NCBI GenBank assembly: GCA_050950505.1
Contig: JBMNHS010000002.1
Coordinates: 90,007 to 154,006, forward strand
From: Candidatus Methanomethylophilaceae archaeon
GTDB taxonomy: Archaea > Thermoplasmatota > Thermoplasmata > Methanomassiliicoccales > Methanomethylophilaceae
Reading direction: 5' to 3'
DNA: 64,000 nucleotides
Shown: piece after piece, positions 49,806 through 59,759 of the stretch
Layout of the letters: the number at the start of each line of letters is the position of its first letter
Position numbering within the stretch: the first letter of the stretch is position 1
Notes under the pieces: generated by a model
Databases searched by the model: none
What the model was told of the DNA's origin: nothing
What the model saw: the letters and a program-made list of their open reading frames with translations, nothing else
Position numbers and translations under genes: made by a program

Positions 49806-51107
49806 TGTTCTAGAAAACAATTAAGTTTACAGCAGTGAAGAGAAACAGACGGAATCGAACGGACGAATGTCCGTGAGATTACGTCTGTTTCTCCGCGAAA
49901 GTAACAGAATGTTTGAAGAAAGTGGGATTCTTTATAGGATTTCGCTATGAAAAAAAAGAATCCCGATAAGAGAGAAGTCAAACGACTAGAAAAACTTGAG
50001 GATGCTAAACAAAATCTGAGGTTGCGTGCCGCCGAGATGGTAAAAGACGGTTTCAGCTACCGCGAAGCGGGAAAAATCCTTGGAATGAGTCATCAGTTTG
50101 TGAAGATCTGGGTCGGAAAACTGCTTGAGAAAAAGCGTGTGAAAAGAACCTTCGTTTATGTATTCAGAAAGTGCGCGAGGAAGCTTGCCGCGACACGGAA
50201 GCCGGGCCCGAGGCCCGGCTTGGACCGTGTCTGCGACAAGATAACGGATATCGTGGTTCCCGTCAGAAAAAAATATCCCTTCCTTGGGGCCGAAAAAATA
50301 AAGGTTATGTCGGGCGCGGACGCGTCCGCGCCCACCGTCCGCAAGGCGCTGGCCAAAGCAGGATTCGGGCCGATTACAAAAAAGAAGGGAAAAGCGTACA
50401 AAACATTCTGCGCAAGATGCCCCAACGAAATGTGGCAGATCGATTACGTCGATATTTACGGAGACAATCTGCTGTCGGTAATAGACGACCATTCCCGCAA
50501 AATACTGTCCGTGAATCTCAGAAAAACCGCCACAACCGATGATGTCCTGGAGATACTGGCTATTGCGATGGAAACCTACGGCAAGCCGAAAAGCATACTT
50601 TCCGACCACGGCACCCAATGGTACGCCGCCAGAGGGGGCGATGCCAGATTCGATAAATTCTGCGAGGAACACGGAATAAATCACATAATGGGGCAGATCC
50701 GAAAACCGACCACCACCGGAAAAGTCGAACGCTGGCACGGAACCATCCGCCGGGAGGCCTGCCTCCCGGCGAACAGAGATACCGAAACGAAAAAAGATAT
50801 TCTGGGCGGGTTTGTCGAATTTTACAATACGTTACGTCCCCATTATGCCCTCGGGCTCAGAACTCCCGACGAAGTCTATTACAAAGCGTGACCCCGCCGT
50901 TTTACATCGGATTGATTCCCAGACAGTCATCCGCGAACAGCGGACGCTTCCGCGCCGAAGGCCGCGGAAGCCTCCGGCAGAGACACTTTTCGCAGAGAGA
51001 CGCCCGCAATCACTCGCGGACATACGTCCGCTCGCTCTCGCGGGCGTCTCTCTATTTATCTGATAAACACTTTTCTTCTTCTGTAAAGATAATCACTTTC
51101 TAAAACA
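49806..51107 (+). mobile_element. IS481-family insertion sequence (about 1.3 kb)
   Basis: TGT...ACA ends; imperfect TIRs TGTTCTAGAAAACAATTAAGTTTACAG / TGTTTTAGAAAGTGATTATCTTTACAG (21/27); no TSD seen. Confidence 0.82.
49947..50891 (+). CDS. DDE transposase, IS481-like (HTH plus integrase core)
   Basis: WQIDY, IDDHSR, SDHGTQW, GKVERWHGT, YNTLRPH.ALG..TP. Confidence 0.92.
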   Translation: MKKKNPDKREVKRLEKLEDAKQNLRLRAAEMVKDGFSYREAGKILGMSHQFVKIWVGKLLEKKRVKRTFVYVFRKCARKLAATRKPGPRPGLDRVCDKITDIVVPVRKKYPFLGAEKIKVMSGADASAPTVRKALAKAGFGPITKKKGKAYKTFCARCPNEMWQIDYVDIYGDNLLSVIDDHSRKILSVNLRKTATTDDVLEILAIAMETYGKPKSILSDHGTQWYAARGGDARFDKFCEEHGINHIMGQIRKPTTTGKVERWHGTIRREACLPANRDTETKKDILGGFVEFYNTLRPHYALGLRTPDEVYYKA

Positions 51108-51142
51108 GAGTGAATTGTAATCGATCGAGTATTCTTTTGTTA

Positions 51143-52351
51143 TTACCGTAACGAAATATTGTCTCCGGTCAGAAACTCTCTCAATTCCAACTCCGTTATT
51201 CCGCCCCTATCCTTATTCATCGAGGGCTGCATGACAATCACAACCTTCCGATAATCATCGTCAACGACTCTCAACGGGCGTATTTCCCTCTCTTCCGCGA
51301 GAGGATCGTTTAATGAATAACAGACTTGTATGTACACGGTACGGACGTCATCAATCGCAACAAAATCTATTTCGTAATTTCCGATTTTCCCTACATATAC
51401 GGTAAAACCTCTGCGTCTGAGTTCGAGATATACAATATTCTCCATTACACGGCCTATATCCGCGTCTCTTTTTCCCAAAACAGCGGTTCTGAGTCCTAAA
51501 TCGGAAACATAAAATTTGTCGTTGACGACCAGCTCTTCCTTAGCCTTTATGTTATATCGTTTGACACGGTAAAACGCAAGCGACTCTTCCAAATATCCAA
51601 GGTAATCGTCAATAGTTTGAAAATTTACCTTTATTCCGTTACCAATCATGAAATCTCTGATGCTTTTTATTGACAGAAGATTGCCTATGTTTCTCATCAG
51701 AAATCTTGAGATTCTTTTCAGCATCTGCGGATTTCTGATGCTGTTTCTCATGATGATGTCCTTCAGAACAACCGTGCTGTAAATATCTTCAAGAACAGCG
51801 ATTTCGGCATCTTCGGAGTCTCTCAGCATCAGTGCCAGGAGAAATCCTCCGTACGTCATGTACTCCATCAGGGAATCGTCAGAATCCGTTTCTCCGGTAA
51901 ACTTAAGGAATTCGTTGTAAGAGAACGTGAACATCTCAATGGTAACGGCACGTCCCGAAAGAAGAGTCGACAGTTTGGAAGAAAACATCATGGAGTTGGA
52001 TCCTGTGACGTAAATGTCGCAATTGGTATTTTCGAAAAGACAAAGAACGGTTTTATCCCAGGATTCCAGCATTTGAATTTCGTCCAACAATATGTACGTC
52101 CGGCCTTGTTTCGCTTTAACCGCTTCTATGACATATTTTGAATTAATTTCGGAGTTCGGAAGATGTGTAAAGTTGATGAATAAGATATTCTCTTCAGCCA
52201 CTCCCGAGGAGAGAAGATAATCTTTGTACAATTTCAATAAAGTGGATTTGCCGCAACGCCTTATCCCTGCTATCGCTTTGATTACAGGCTTATCTTTCAA
52301 TTCGATAAGACGATTGAGATATGTATTCCGCAGGATTATATTTTTCATCAT
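51143..52351 (-). CDS. AAA_14 ATPase with DUF4143 (COG1373-type)
   Basis: GIRRCGKST, LDEIQ, TGSNS, KFYVSDLGLR, ENIVYLEL, EIDFV, YIQV. Confidence 0.9.
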   Translation of the reverse strand: MMKNIILRNTYLNRLIELKDKPVIKAIAGIRRCGKSTLLKLYKDYLLSSGVAEENILFINFTHLPNSEINSKYVIEAVKAKQGRTYILLDEIQMLESWDKTVLCLFENTNCDIYVTGSNSMMFSSKLSTLLSGRAVTIEMFTFSYNEFLKFTGETDSDDSLMEYMTYGGFLLALMLRDSEDAEIAVLEDIYSTVVLKDIIMRNSIRNPQMLKRISRFLMRNIGNLLSIKSIRDFMIGNGIKVNFQTIDDYLGYLEESLAFYRVKRYNIKAKEELVVNDKFYVSDLGLRTAVLGKRDADIGRVMENIVYLELRRRGFTVYVGKIGNYEIDFVAIDDVRTVYIQVCYSLNDPLAEEREIRPLRVVDDDYRKVVIVMQPSMNKDRGGITELELREFLTGDNISLR

Positions 52352-52740
52352 ATAACGTAACTTTATGTGATTATATATAGATTATTACGTTATAAGATGA
52401 ATTATAAATTTATAACATCTCAGTGTCGGCAATGAATTTTTTTCCATCCATTTACTCCAAATTCGGTGATCGACAGTACTAAAGAAACATCTGACTGTAT
52501 GAAACGAGACGGTAAAAGTATCCTGCCGTCCGTTACGATATGAATAAAACAATACTGTTAACTGGACATGTTTTCAACTTAAATTTACAATATCTCGAAT
52601 AATCTATTTCCAGGACAGGTTATTACGGCTTATTTTTAAATACAATAAGACGACCAAAATACCGGCCATAGGGATTATGTTTCAGGGAACCCATTCATAA
52701 TTTACATGATTCATATCGTTATATGCCATAACATCTAAAT

Positions 52741-53565
52741 TCATAAAACATTCCAAATCAAAAGACCCAGTCTATTATTTTGTACGGTATAAACCCAACC
52801 GTCCTCGGCAAAGGAATACACTACATCCTCAATCAATTCAGAAATACCTTCGGAATAATCGTAATGTGAGAATTTCTGTTTGTAATGTTCACACAGCTCC
52901 GCACAACAATTCTCTTTTTCCATCTTATTTTCAAAAATTTTCAATGTGGGTTCTCTGCCGATCGATTTCAGGAAACGGCACGGATAGCGGGTATCGTAAC
53001 CTTCAAATGTATAGTCTTTTCCGAGTTTTCTCCATATTTCGAAATAAATTGAATCTCTGTTTCCCGACATGGACGATATATACATGCAGGTATTTTTGGA
53101 ACACTTTTCCATCCTGAGTATGGATTCATGCGAATTCACGGGAGGACACAATGAAGAGAACGCAACATCGTACGTCTTGTTGGGAACATACAGATTCCAA
53201 TCGACACAATCCGCTTTCAGATGTCTGATTCCTCTGTTTTCGGATTCTCTTTTGATTCTATCAACCATTCTCGGCGATTTGTCGATCGCGGTGATACTTT
53301 TCACATGATTCGAAAATCTTAACGAGTATGTGCCGGGGCCGCATCCAATGTCAAGCAAAGTTACGTTTCTGTTCAGATATTCTTCAGATAAAAGGTAATC
53401 TGTTATTCTGTCGTTAATATCTGCCAATACTCCCTCTTCGTAAGTATCCGCGGAATCGTTCCAAACTCTGTCAATCTGTTCGTCGGAAAGATTCTCTCCG
53501 AAAAAAGGATGTTTGTATCGTACATTGTCCCATTCCGATATCACGGAGCCGGTTTCATATTTCAT
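52741..53565 (-). CDS. Class I SAM-dependent methyltransferase
   Basis: LLDIGCGPGT, AIDKSPRM, YDVAFSSLCP; overlaps the permease. Confidence 0.9.
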   Translation of the reverse strand: MKYETGSVISEWDNVRYKHPFFGENLSDEQIDRVWNDSADTYEEGVLADINDRITDYLLSEEYLNRNVTLLDIGCGPGTYSLRFSNHVKSITAIDKSPRMVDRIKRESENRGIRHLKADCVDWNLYVPNKTYDVAFSSLCPPVNSHESILRMEKCSKNTCMYISSMSGNRDSIYFEIWRKLGKDYTFEGYDTRYPCRFLKSIGREPTLKIFENKMEKENCCAELCEHYKQKFSHYDYSEGISELIEDVVYSFAEDGWVYTVQNNRLGLLIWNVL

Positions 53566-54625
53566 GATGATTACCTCTTTTTCTTAATAACAGGTAAAGG
53601 AGCATAGGGCCTCCGACCAAAGCGGTAATAGCGCCTACGGGCAACATTATGGGTTCGGCGAGGGTTTTAGCCCCGACGTCTGCCAAGAGCAACAAAACAG
53701 AACCGCACAACATTGACGAGGGTATAAGATATTTCATATCCCCTCCGACCACGACTCTGCAGATATGCGGTGCCAACAGACACACAAAGCCGATGGCTCC
53801 CGTAAAACATATCACCATGGCCGTGGAAAGACATGCAGTCAGCATTGCCAAAGTCCTTGTGTTGCCGGGATTGAAACCCAAACTTCTTGCGGTATCGTCC
53901 CCGAGTCTCATGGCATTGACGGGTTTCGATAAAAATACCGATATCAGGATTGACAGAATGAGTGTTACAAAAACATAAGGTATGTGCCAAATAAAGATAT
54001 TGTTCAAATCCCCAATCATCCAGAAAACAACTCTTTTGACCGCATCCGGATCCCCGAAGAACTGAAACAGAGTGTTCACGGCACTGAATATGTATGACAT
54101 CGAAACACCGCACAGAATCATGGTCGCAGGGGAAATATTTCGTATTCTGGATGCGAGAAGAATAACTCCAATCGGTATAAGAGCGAAGATGAACGCATTC
54201 AGTATAATACCATAGATGTTGGATGCCAGAGTCATACCGGCCAATATCGCTATTGCCGCCCCGAGTCCTGCGCCGGAAGACACGCCCAGCGTATACGGTG
54301 TGGCCAAAGGGTTTCTCAGAACGGATTGTATGAGACAACCGCCCAACGCGAGTATTGCTCCGCCTATGACGGCCATAAGTATTCTGGGCAATCTTAGGTT
54401 AATCACAATCATCCGCATCTGCCCGGTAATATCATACGTACCAGGAAAAATCTCGTTAACAAAAACTCTGTATACGTCATTAAAAGATATGTTTGACACT
54501 CCGACCGTAATTGAATACAGGAATATCAGAACAACCAAAACGGATAACGTAATGATGAAAATTATTCTTTTCAGAAGGATTTTTCTTACTTTTTCTTCCT
54601 CGGAATCGTATATGTTGGCACCCAA
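53555..54625 (-). CDS. FecCD/BtuC family permease
   Basis: RLPR, LRNPLATPYTLGVSSGA, DDTARSLG, GAIGFVCLLAPH. Confidence 0.94.
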   Translation of the reverse strand: MGANIYDSEEEKVRKILLKRIIFIITLSVLVVLIFLYSITVGVSNISFNDVYRVFVNEIFPGTYDITGQMRMIVINLRLPRILMAVIGGAILALGGCLIQSVLRNPLATPYTLGVSSGAGLGAAIAILAGMTLASNIYGIILNAFIFALIPIGVILLASRIRNISPATMILCGVSMSYIFSAVNTLFQFFGDPDAVKRVVFWMIGDLNNIFIWHIPYVFVTLILSILISVFLSKPVNAMRLGDDTARSLGFNPGNTRTLAMLTACLSTAMVICFTGAIGFVCLLAPHICRVVVGGDMKYLIPSSMLCGSVLLLLADVGAKTLAEPIMLPVGAITALVGGPMLLYLLLRKRGNHHEI

Positions 54626-54674
54626 GTAATCAACACCATAAAATATAGATTGTAAATGGTTTGGTGTTCGATGT

Positions 54675-56054
54675 TCAGAATATCGGACTTATGAATACGC
54701 CGTCCACGCTTACGTCGTAATCGCTGACACCCAACCATTCGTTGACGTATTGGTTGTGGATTGCAACGGGATCCAGCTCAAGAAACAGGTCGGGATATAT
54801 TGCCTTGGCGATATACGCCGCGTGCAGTATTCCGCCCGTGGCTCCGTTTCTGAAATCACCGGCCATGATGTAGATATTGTCGTCATCAACGAAATCCATC
54901 ATTGTCCTGCTAGCGGCCAAAGCCTGTGCGGCGTCTATTTCAGTTTTGTCGCTGATACCGTATCCGTGGTTGGGTGTCGATGTCAATTCTGCCCCTCCGT
55001 AGGTGAATCTCACGCAGTGACAAAATATGTAGTCTATATCTGTCGTTATTATCGCTTCAGATCCGACCTTGGCGCTGTAAATTGTCCTGTCAGGCCCTCC
55101 GTTGTACTGCTGGGGTGTCAGGATGTCCTGGGCCACAGAATGCCCTCCGGCAAGCAATAAAGCCTGCCCTTGGGGGTCAATTTTGGTGTAAAGACTCCAT
55201 TCGACGATATTTTCATCGGCAAAGTGAGAGTTGGAGTAGTTGGTCATCAGAACGTTGACTTTGTCTTCCTCTGCAATAGTTTTGGAAATCGAAGCAATGT
55301 CATTCCTGACTTCCAAAAGCCAGTTTATGTAATTCTCTGCGCGCTCGACTCTGTCGAATATGTATCCTGCTTTGAGAATGGCTTGCATATATTCCGACTT
55401 TTCAGGCTCAAGAACATTCGGTCTGTACATTCCCAGATAAATAACGTCGACATTGGAGAGAGCTTCCTGCTTTGCCTCGGTTCCTGCGTAACTGAATGTA
55501 AGCAAAATATCCAAATCAAGACCGGCAACCGCTTCATAATTCGGAGCGTTCATGTTTTCCATATTTACAATATCCGTTCCGCCTTCTCTGAAATAAAAGT
55601 CCCTCAATTGGTAAGGGGCGTTATCGACTGCAACTACCTTATCTTTAACGTTTAATATGCACATCAGTTCGGTGTTGCTGTAATACTCACTTCCGATTCT
55701 TTCTATATCCAGTTTGATTTTCTTGGTGTTTCCGTCACCGTCGATAAGCCAGATGAACTCTGCTGTTCTGTTGATTATTGCTTTAACCTGTTCCAGATCA
55801 AGTTCGTCAATGACACCGTCATTGTTTGCATCCGCCATGGCCGTAGACTCTCTTTCTCCTGCAATAATCTCTTCCAGCGCGGTCAAATCGTTTTCGTCAA
55901 TTTTCCAATCCTTATTGGCATTTCCGAAGACCTCCAACTCGATATTGGGAACATATCCTCCCGGGTTATTTTTTTGATTCAATAACAGAACTCCGGCCGC
56001 ACCGGATACGATAAGTATTGTCACAATAGCGATAACTATGTATTTTTTATTCAT
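54675..56054 (-). CDS. Metal-chelate ABC substrate-binding protein with dockerin/EF-hand-like module
   Basis: VFGNANKDWKIDEND, DANNDGVIDELD, VVAVD, PNYEAV, AKAIYPDLF. Confidence 0.82.
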   Translation of the reverse strand: MNKKYIVIAIVTILIVSGAAGVLLLNQKNNPGGYVPNIELEVFGNANKDWKIDENDLTALEEIIAGERESTAMADANNDGVIDELDLEQVKAIINRTAEFIWLIDGDGNTKKIKLDIERIGSEYYSNTELMCILNVKDKVVAVDNAPYQLRDFYFREGGTDIVNMENMNAPNYEAVAGLDLDILLTFSYAGTEAKQEALSNVDVIYLGMYRPNVLEPEKSEYMQAILKAGYIFDRVERAENYINWLLEVRNDIASISKTIAEEDKVNVLMTNYSNSHFADENIVEWSLYTKIDPQGQALLLAGGHSVAQDILTPQQYNGGPDRTIYSAKVGSEAIITTDIDYIFCHCVRFTYGGAELTSTPNHGYGISDKTEIDAAQALAASRTMMDFVDDDNIYIMAGDFRNGATGGILHAAYIAKAIYPDLFLELDPVAIHNQYVNEWLGVSDYDVSVDGVFISPIF

Positions 56055-56187
56055 AAAAAGGTAATAAGGATGAGTATATTTAATACTAATTCAGTAATTA
56101 GTAACATAGTATACGCTATTAAATTAAATTCATAATATTAATAACATACAAAATCATTATTAATATGCGACGGTCTATCACTAACCA

Positions 56188-56949
56188 ATGGGGTTGCTTA
56201 CCGAAGAAATAACATTTTCATACGGATCGTCTTGTGTACTGAAAGGTATCGGATTCGAACTGAAACAGGGCGAGATTCTCGGAATCATAGGGCCGAACGG
56301 TTCGGGTAAAACAACTTTGATAAAATGCATCAACAGAATACTCGAACCTTCGCAGGGAATGATAACCTTTGATGCTCAGGATATACTTTCAATGAGAGTT
56401 CGAGACGTTGCCCGTATAATGGGGTATGTTCCTCAGGCTTCAATTGACAGTCTTGCATCCCCTACCGTTTTTGAAGTGGTTATGATGGGCAGAATGCCCC
56501 ATTCCACATGGCAATCTTCCGATAAAGATCGCAATGTTACATGGAAAGCTCTTGATGATGTCAATATGAAAGAGTTTGCAACTGTCCCGTTCAGAAATTT
56601 GAGCAGCGGTCAGATGCAAAGAGTCCTGATGGCAAGGGCACTCGCACAAGAGGCAAAAATACTTCTTCTGGACGAACCTACCAGTAACCTTGATTTAAAA
56701 TTTCAAAGGGAAATCATGGAAGCGGTTTCACAACTTGTCAGAACCAAGGGAGTAAGCGTCTGCATGATTCTGCATGACATGGATGCTGTTATGAAATATT
56801 GTGACAAGGTTGTGATTCTGAATGACGGAGTTGTTACGGCCGCAGGAGATGTGGAAGAAGTTCTGACCGCAGAAAATATTCGGGATACTTTTGATGTCGA
56901 TGTTGTCATAGATTACAGTTACGGAAGACCCCATGTTGTGGTTTTGTGA
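56188..56949 (+). CDS. FecE/BtuD family ABC ATPase (divergent from the SBP gene)
   Basis: GPNGSGKTT, LSSGQ, LLDEPTSNLD, LHD. Confidence 0.93.
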   Translation: MGLLTEEITFSYGSSCVLKGIGFELKQGEILGIIGPNGSGKTTLIKCINRILEPSQGMITFDAQDILSMRVRDVARIMGYVPQASIDSLASPTVFEVVMMGRMPHSTWQSSDKDRNVTWKALDDVNMKEFATVPFRNLSSGQMQRVLMARALAQEAKILLLDEPTSNLDLKFQREIMEAVSQLVRTKGVSVCMILHDMDAVMKYCDKVVILNDGVVTAAGDVEEVLTAENIRDTFDVDVVIDYSYGRPHVVVL

Positions 56950-56969
56950 CAATTTGACTGTTATGTCTT

Positions 56970-57665
56970 CTTTCTGTATAATTCATCCGTATTACCGGAG
57001 TTATTTCTTCATCTCCGGCACTTTTAATAAGATTTTCTTTGAACCCGGAGGGTGAGAACAAAATGTAACTTCGTTTTGCATATCCTTTCACAAAGGATGC
57101 CACTCTTTTCAGATTATCCAGATCTTTCATGCTCATGGGAGAGGATTTGAATTCAGAGCTGCCGAACAACACGTTGGAATTAATATCGATTCCGTCAATC
57201 GCGACAATATCAATCATAATATCTGTTTTCAGTTCAGAATCGGACCCCCACCATTTGCTTGCAGTACGGTATTCCGTGTTCATTATTACATGCTGTTTGC
57301 AGATTTCTTCGAACTGTTTACCCATAAATCCCGGAAGTATTTCCTCAATCTTTTCATACGCACCCTCGGAATCATACCTTCATATGTACGGGAGAATCTT
57401 TTCCAACATGCCGTATCTGAATCTGAAAAGACCGTTATTTAATTCATAAACGGCTTTTCTGCGCGAATTTGATATCGGGACTTCTCTTCTGACAATTCCT
57501 GCCGATATCAGTTGTGATATGTTGTTCGGGCAGGTTCCCTTCTCTATTCCGGTGGCTTCGGACATATCCTCGATTTGAGTTTTTCCGTTGGCCAATGCAG
57601 AAATTACGGATCTGAGTATAGACGGATTTGAAAACTCCTACCGTATCAGTTTTGCCGATTCTATT
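56970..57665 (-). pseudogene. C-terminal fragment of archaeal ATPase / DUF234 (COG1672-type) protein
   Basis: FRF, MGKQFEEIC, KWWG, IDIVA, EFK, YILFS; in-frame TAG and TGA; no ATPase N-terminus. Confidence 0.8.
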
Positions 57666-57751
57666 GGAGAACTGGAAGAGCAACCAATGGAAAACTGAAA
57701 CGTAATCATATAAAATATTACGAAAATAATTGCATCTCCGGGGAGGAGAAT

Positions 57752-57950
57752 ATGATGAGTAACGCCCCGTCAGAATATCTATCGCGTGTGACAGAGAATA
57801 AGCTTGAGCGAAAGTTATGTTCTTCCTGCGCAGTGCATATCGAGGGTTCAAAATGGTGCGGGAAGACGTGTACGGCAATGCGTTATTCAAAAAGTTCATT
57901 TTTTACAGCAGATGTGGTGGAAGGACGTCAAAATAAGTTATTTGCTCAAA
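57752..57950 (+). pseudogene. N-terminal fragment of a DUF4143-type ATPase truncated by an IS remnant
   Basis: YLSR....L...L....AVHIEGSKWCGKT.TA, then runs into IS sequence. Confidence 0.65.
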
Positions 57951-58580
57951 CAAACCCCGGACTTTTTAAATCCAGCATTTTCGCATTTTCCGGTGTGTTT
58001 GCCCCGTTATCGAAAACAATCATTGTGTCTTTGGACAAAAGCAGATAAATCTGCTCAAATGTGTCCTTGAAATGCGTCTTGTCCACAATATTTCCCGGAT
58101 TCACTGTCAATCCGACAGGCATTCCCGATTCACCGTCAATCGATAAACCGACGGTGATCTGCAGACGATCCGGTCGTTTATCGCGGGAATACCCGACACG
58201 GACAATCCCTTTTTGGGGCGCCTCGAAATACATGGATGTCCAATCCATGAAAACCGTGTCTATTTTCACACCGTATTTTTTCTTCAGGACGCTGCCTAAA
58301 AAGGAAACAATTTTGTCACTGTTGCGCCCCAGACGTTCAACGGTGCGGATACGGACCATATCGTTACTCAAAATACAATCTAACGGTTCACGGACAATCC
58401 GGTCATTTCCACCGACGTGGAAACCAACGCAATGGTTTCGGCGCAACGGAATTTACCCGAATTCTTTTCAGATTGTCAAGAAAAATACCGATTCCGTTTC
58501 CCGGAACACGGTTTCCGTCAGTATTTTGTTCAAGACCGGAATTGTCACGTTATCGTTCGATTTCGGTGTGTTTGCGTACA
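57950..58580 (-). mobile_element. Degraded IS1634-family transposase fragment (boundaries approximate)
   Basis: FMDWTSMYFE, GYSRDKRPD..QI.VGL, P......PGN..D, IVFDNG. Confidence 0.78.
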
Positions 58581-58975
58581 ATCTTCTCCTTCTGCGGGAC
58601 AGTTCATCATTTTCCCGCCAAACAGAAACCGCCGACGACTGCAAACTTAAAGGATTCGAATCCGATGAAGAATATGGCTTTTTGGCCGGTTTTTGTTTAG
58701 TGACCAATCATAGTCGAAAAGCAACCTTTACTTTACGCCAGCAATCCTGTCGTTTCAAAAAAATCACAACAGGTTTTCACTTACACTCACTCGTAAGTGT
58801 CAGACTCGGGATATATTGCAATTGCCGACCTTTGGATCATTCCTAAAAATCAAATCGTCCGTGTGACTCTATTCTGTTTTTTAAAGAAAATTTTAGGTTG
58901 GTTTATGATAATTATATATAAACATAATGGCATAGTTGTCAGGGTTATGTCCATACTTATGGCGGAGGGAGAAAG

Positions 58976-59569
58976 GTGCTTAAGAACAAAACCATATTGA
59001 TTACGACACTTGCCGTTTCGTTGATGTTGACAGTTCCTATAGCCCTCAGCTCGTCGACCGTGTTCGTCAATGATAATATAGTGTACCTGTTGCCAGACCC
59101 CACAGGCGGTATTGAAGTTGAGGTTGAAGTAGGTCCGGAACTGATTGTAGAGCCTGCGGTAGTAAACGGCTCCTCTGCTTTCCGTGTTCAGTTGAGTGAA
59201 ACCGATACCAATTTCGTGCCTACAAACAGCACTGTCAATTTACAACTCACCATACCTTCGGGCAAGGAATTCATAATTTATGCGTATATTTACAGAGCCG
59301 GGGCTCTTATATCCTCCGATATTGATTTGGACGTCAGTATAAACGGCGGTGAATATTCGGTGCATATCACGGCTCCTTATACGAATTGGACAAATAAGGG
59401 CTATTATTCCGCAAAAAAAGTTGATGCAAACAACGTAATGCTGAAGATCGACACTCCATCACCGAACGATTATATGCTTTGCGAAGAAGGCGAAGCCGTA
59501 TTGGATATCAGTGCAAAGAGAGCCATAAGCGGTCTTACCAAAATGGAATTTTACATAGTATATCGTTGA
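58976..59569 (+). CDS. Hypothetical secreted beta-rich protein, paralog of 27093-27701
   Basis: Signal peptide; PIA.SS.V...N.V.L....GGI. Confidence 0.7.
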   Translation: MLKNKTILITTLAVSLMLTVPIALSSSTVFVNDNIVYLLPDPTGGIEVEVEVGPELIVEPAVVNGSSAFRVQLSETDTNFVPTNSTVNLQLTIPSGKEFIIYAYIYRAGALISSDIDLDVSINGGEYSVHITAPYTNWTNKGYYSAKKVDANNVMLKIDTPSPNDYMLCEEGEAVLDISAKRAISGLTKMEFYIVYR

Positions 59570-59759
59570 GCTCAAGTCCACACACATACTGTTTCACGCG
59601 GTAAAACGCAAAAGAATTTCCGGATAACTAAGGTAATTTATTGTTTTCTCTTTTGATGACATTACACGATTAGAACGAAAGCCGCGCTTCTCCGGCGCGA
59701 TACGTATCACATAAATTCAAAGGTGTTTCATTAATCAAGTCGTGCTGTCAATTTAACGA

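Noticed and set aside
57638-57640. In-frame TAG in the DUF234 fragment as Pyl
   Set aside because: The same frame also has a TGA and lacks the N-terminus; CAG-to-TAG decay is simpler
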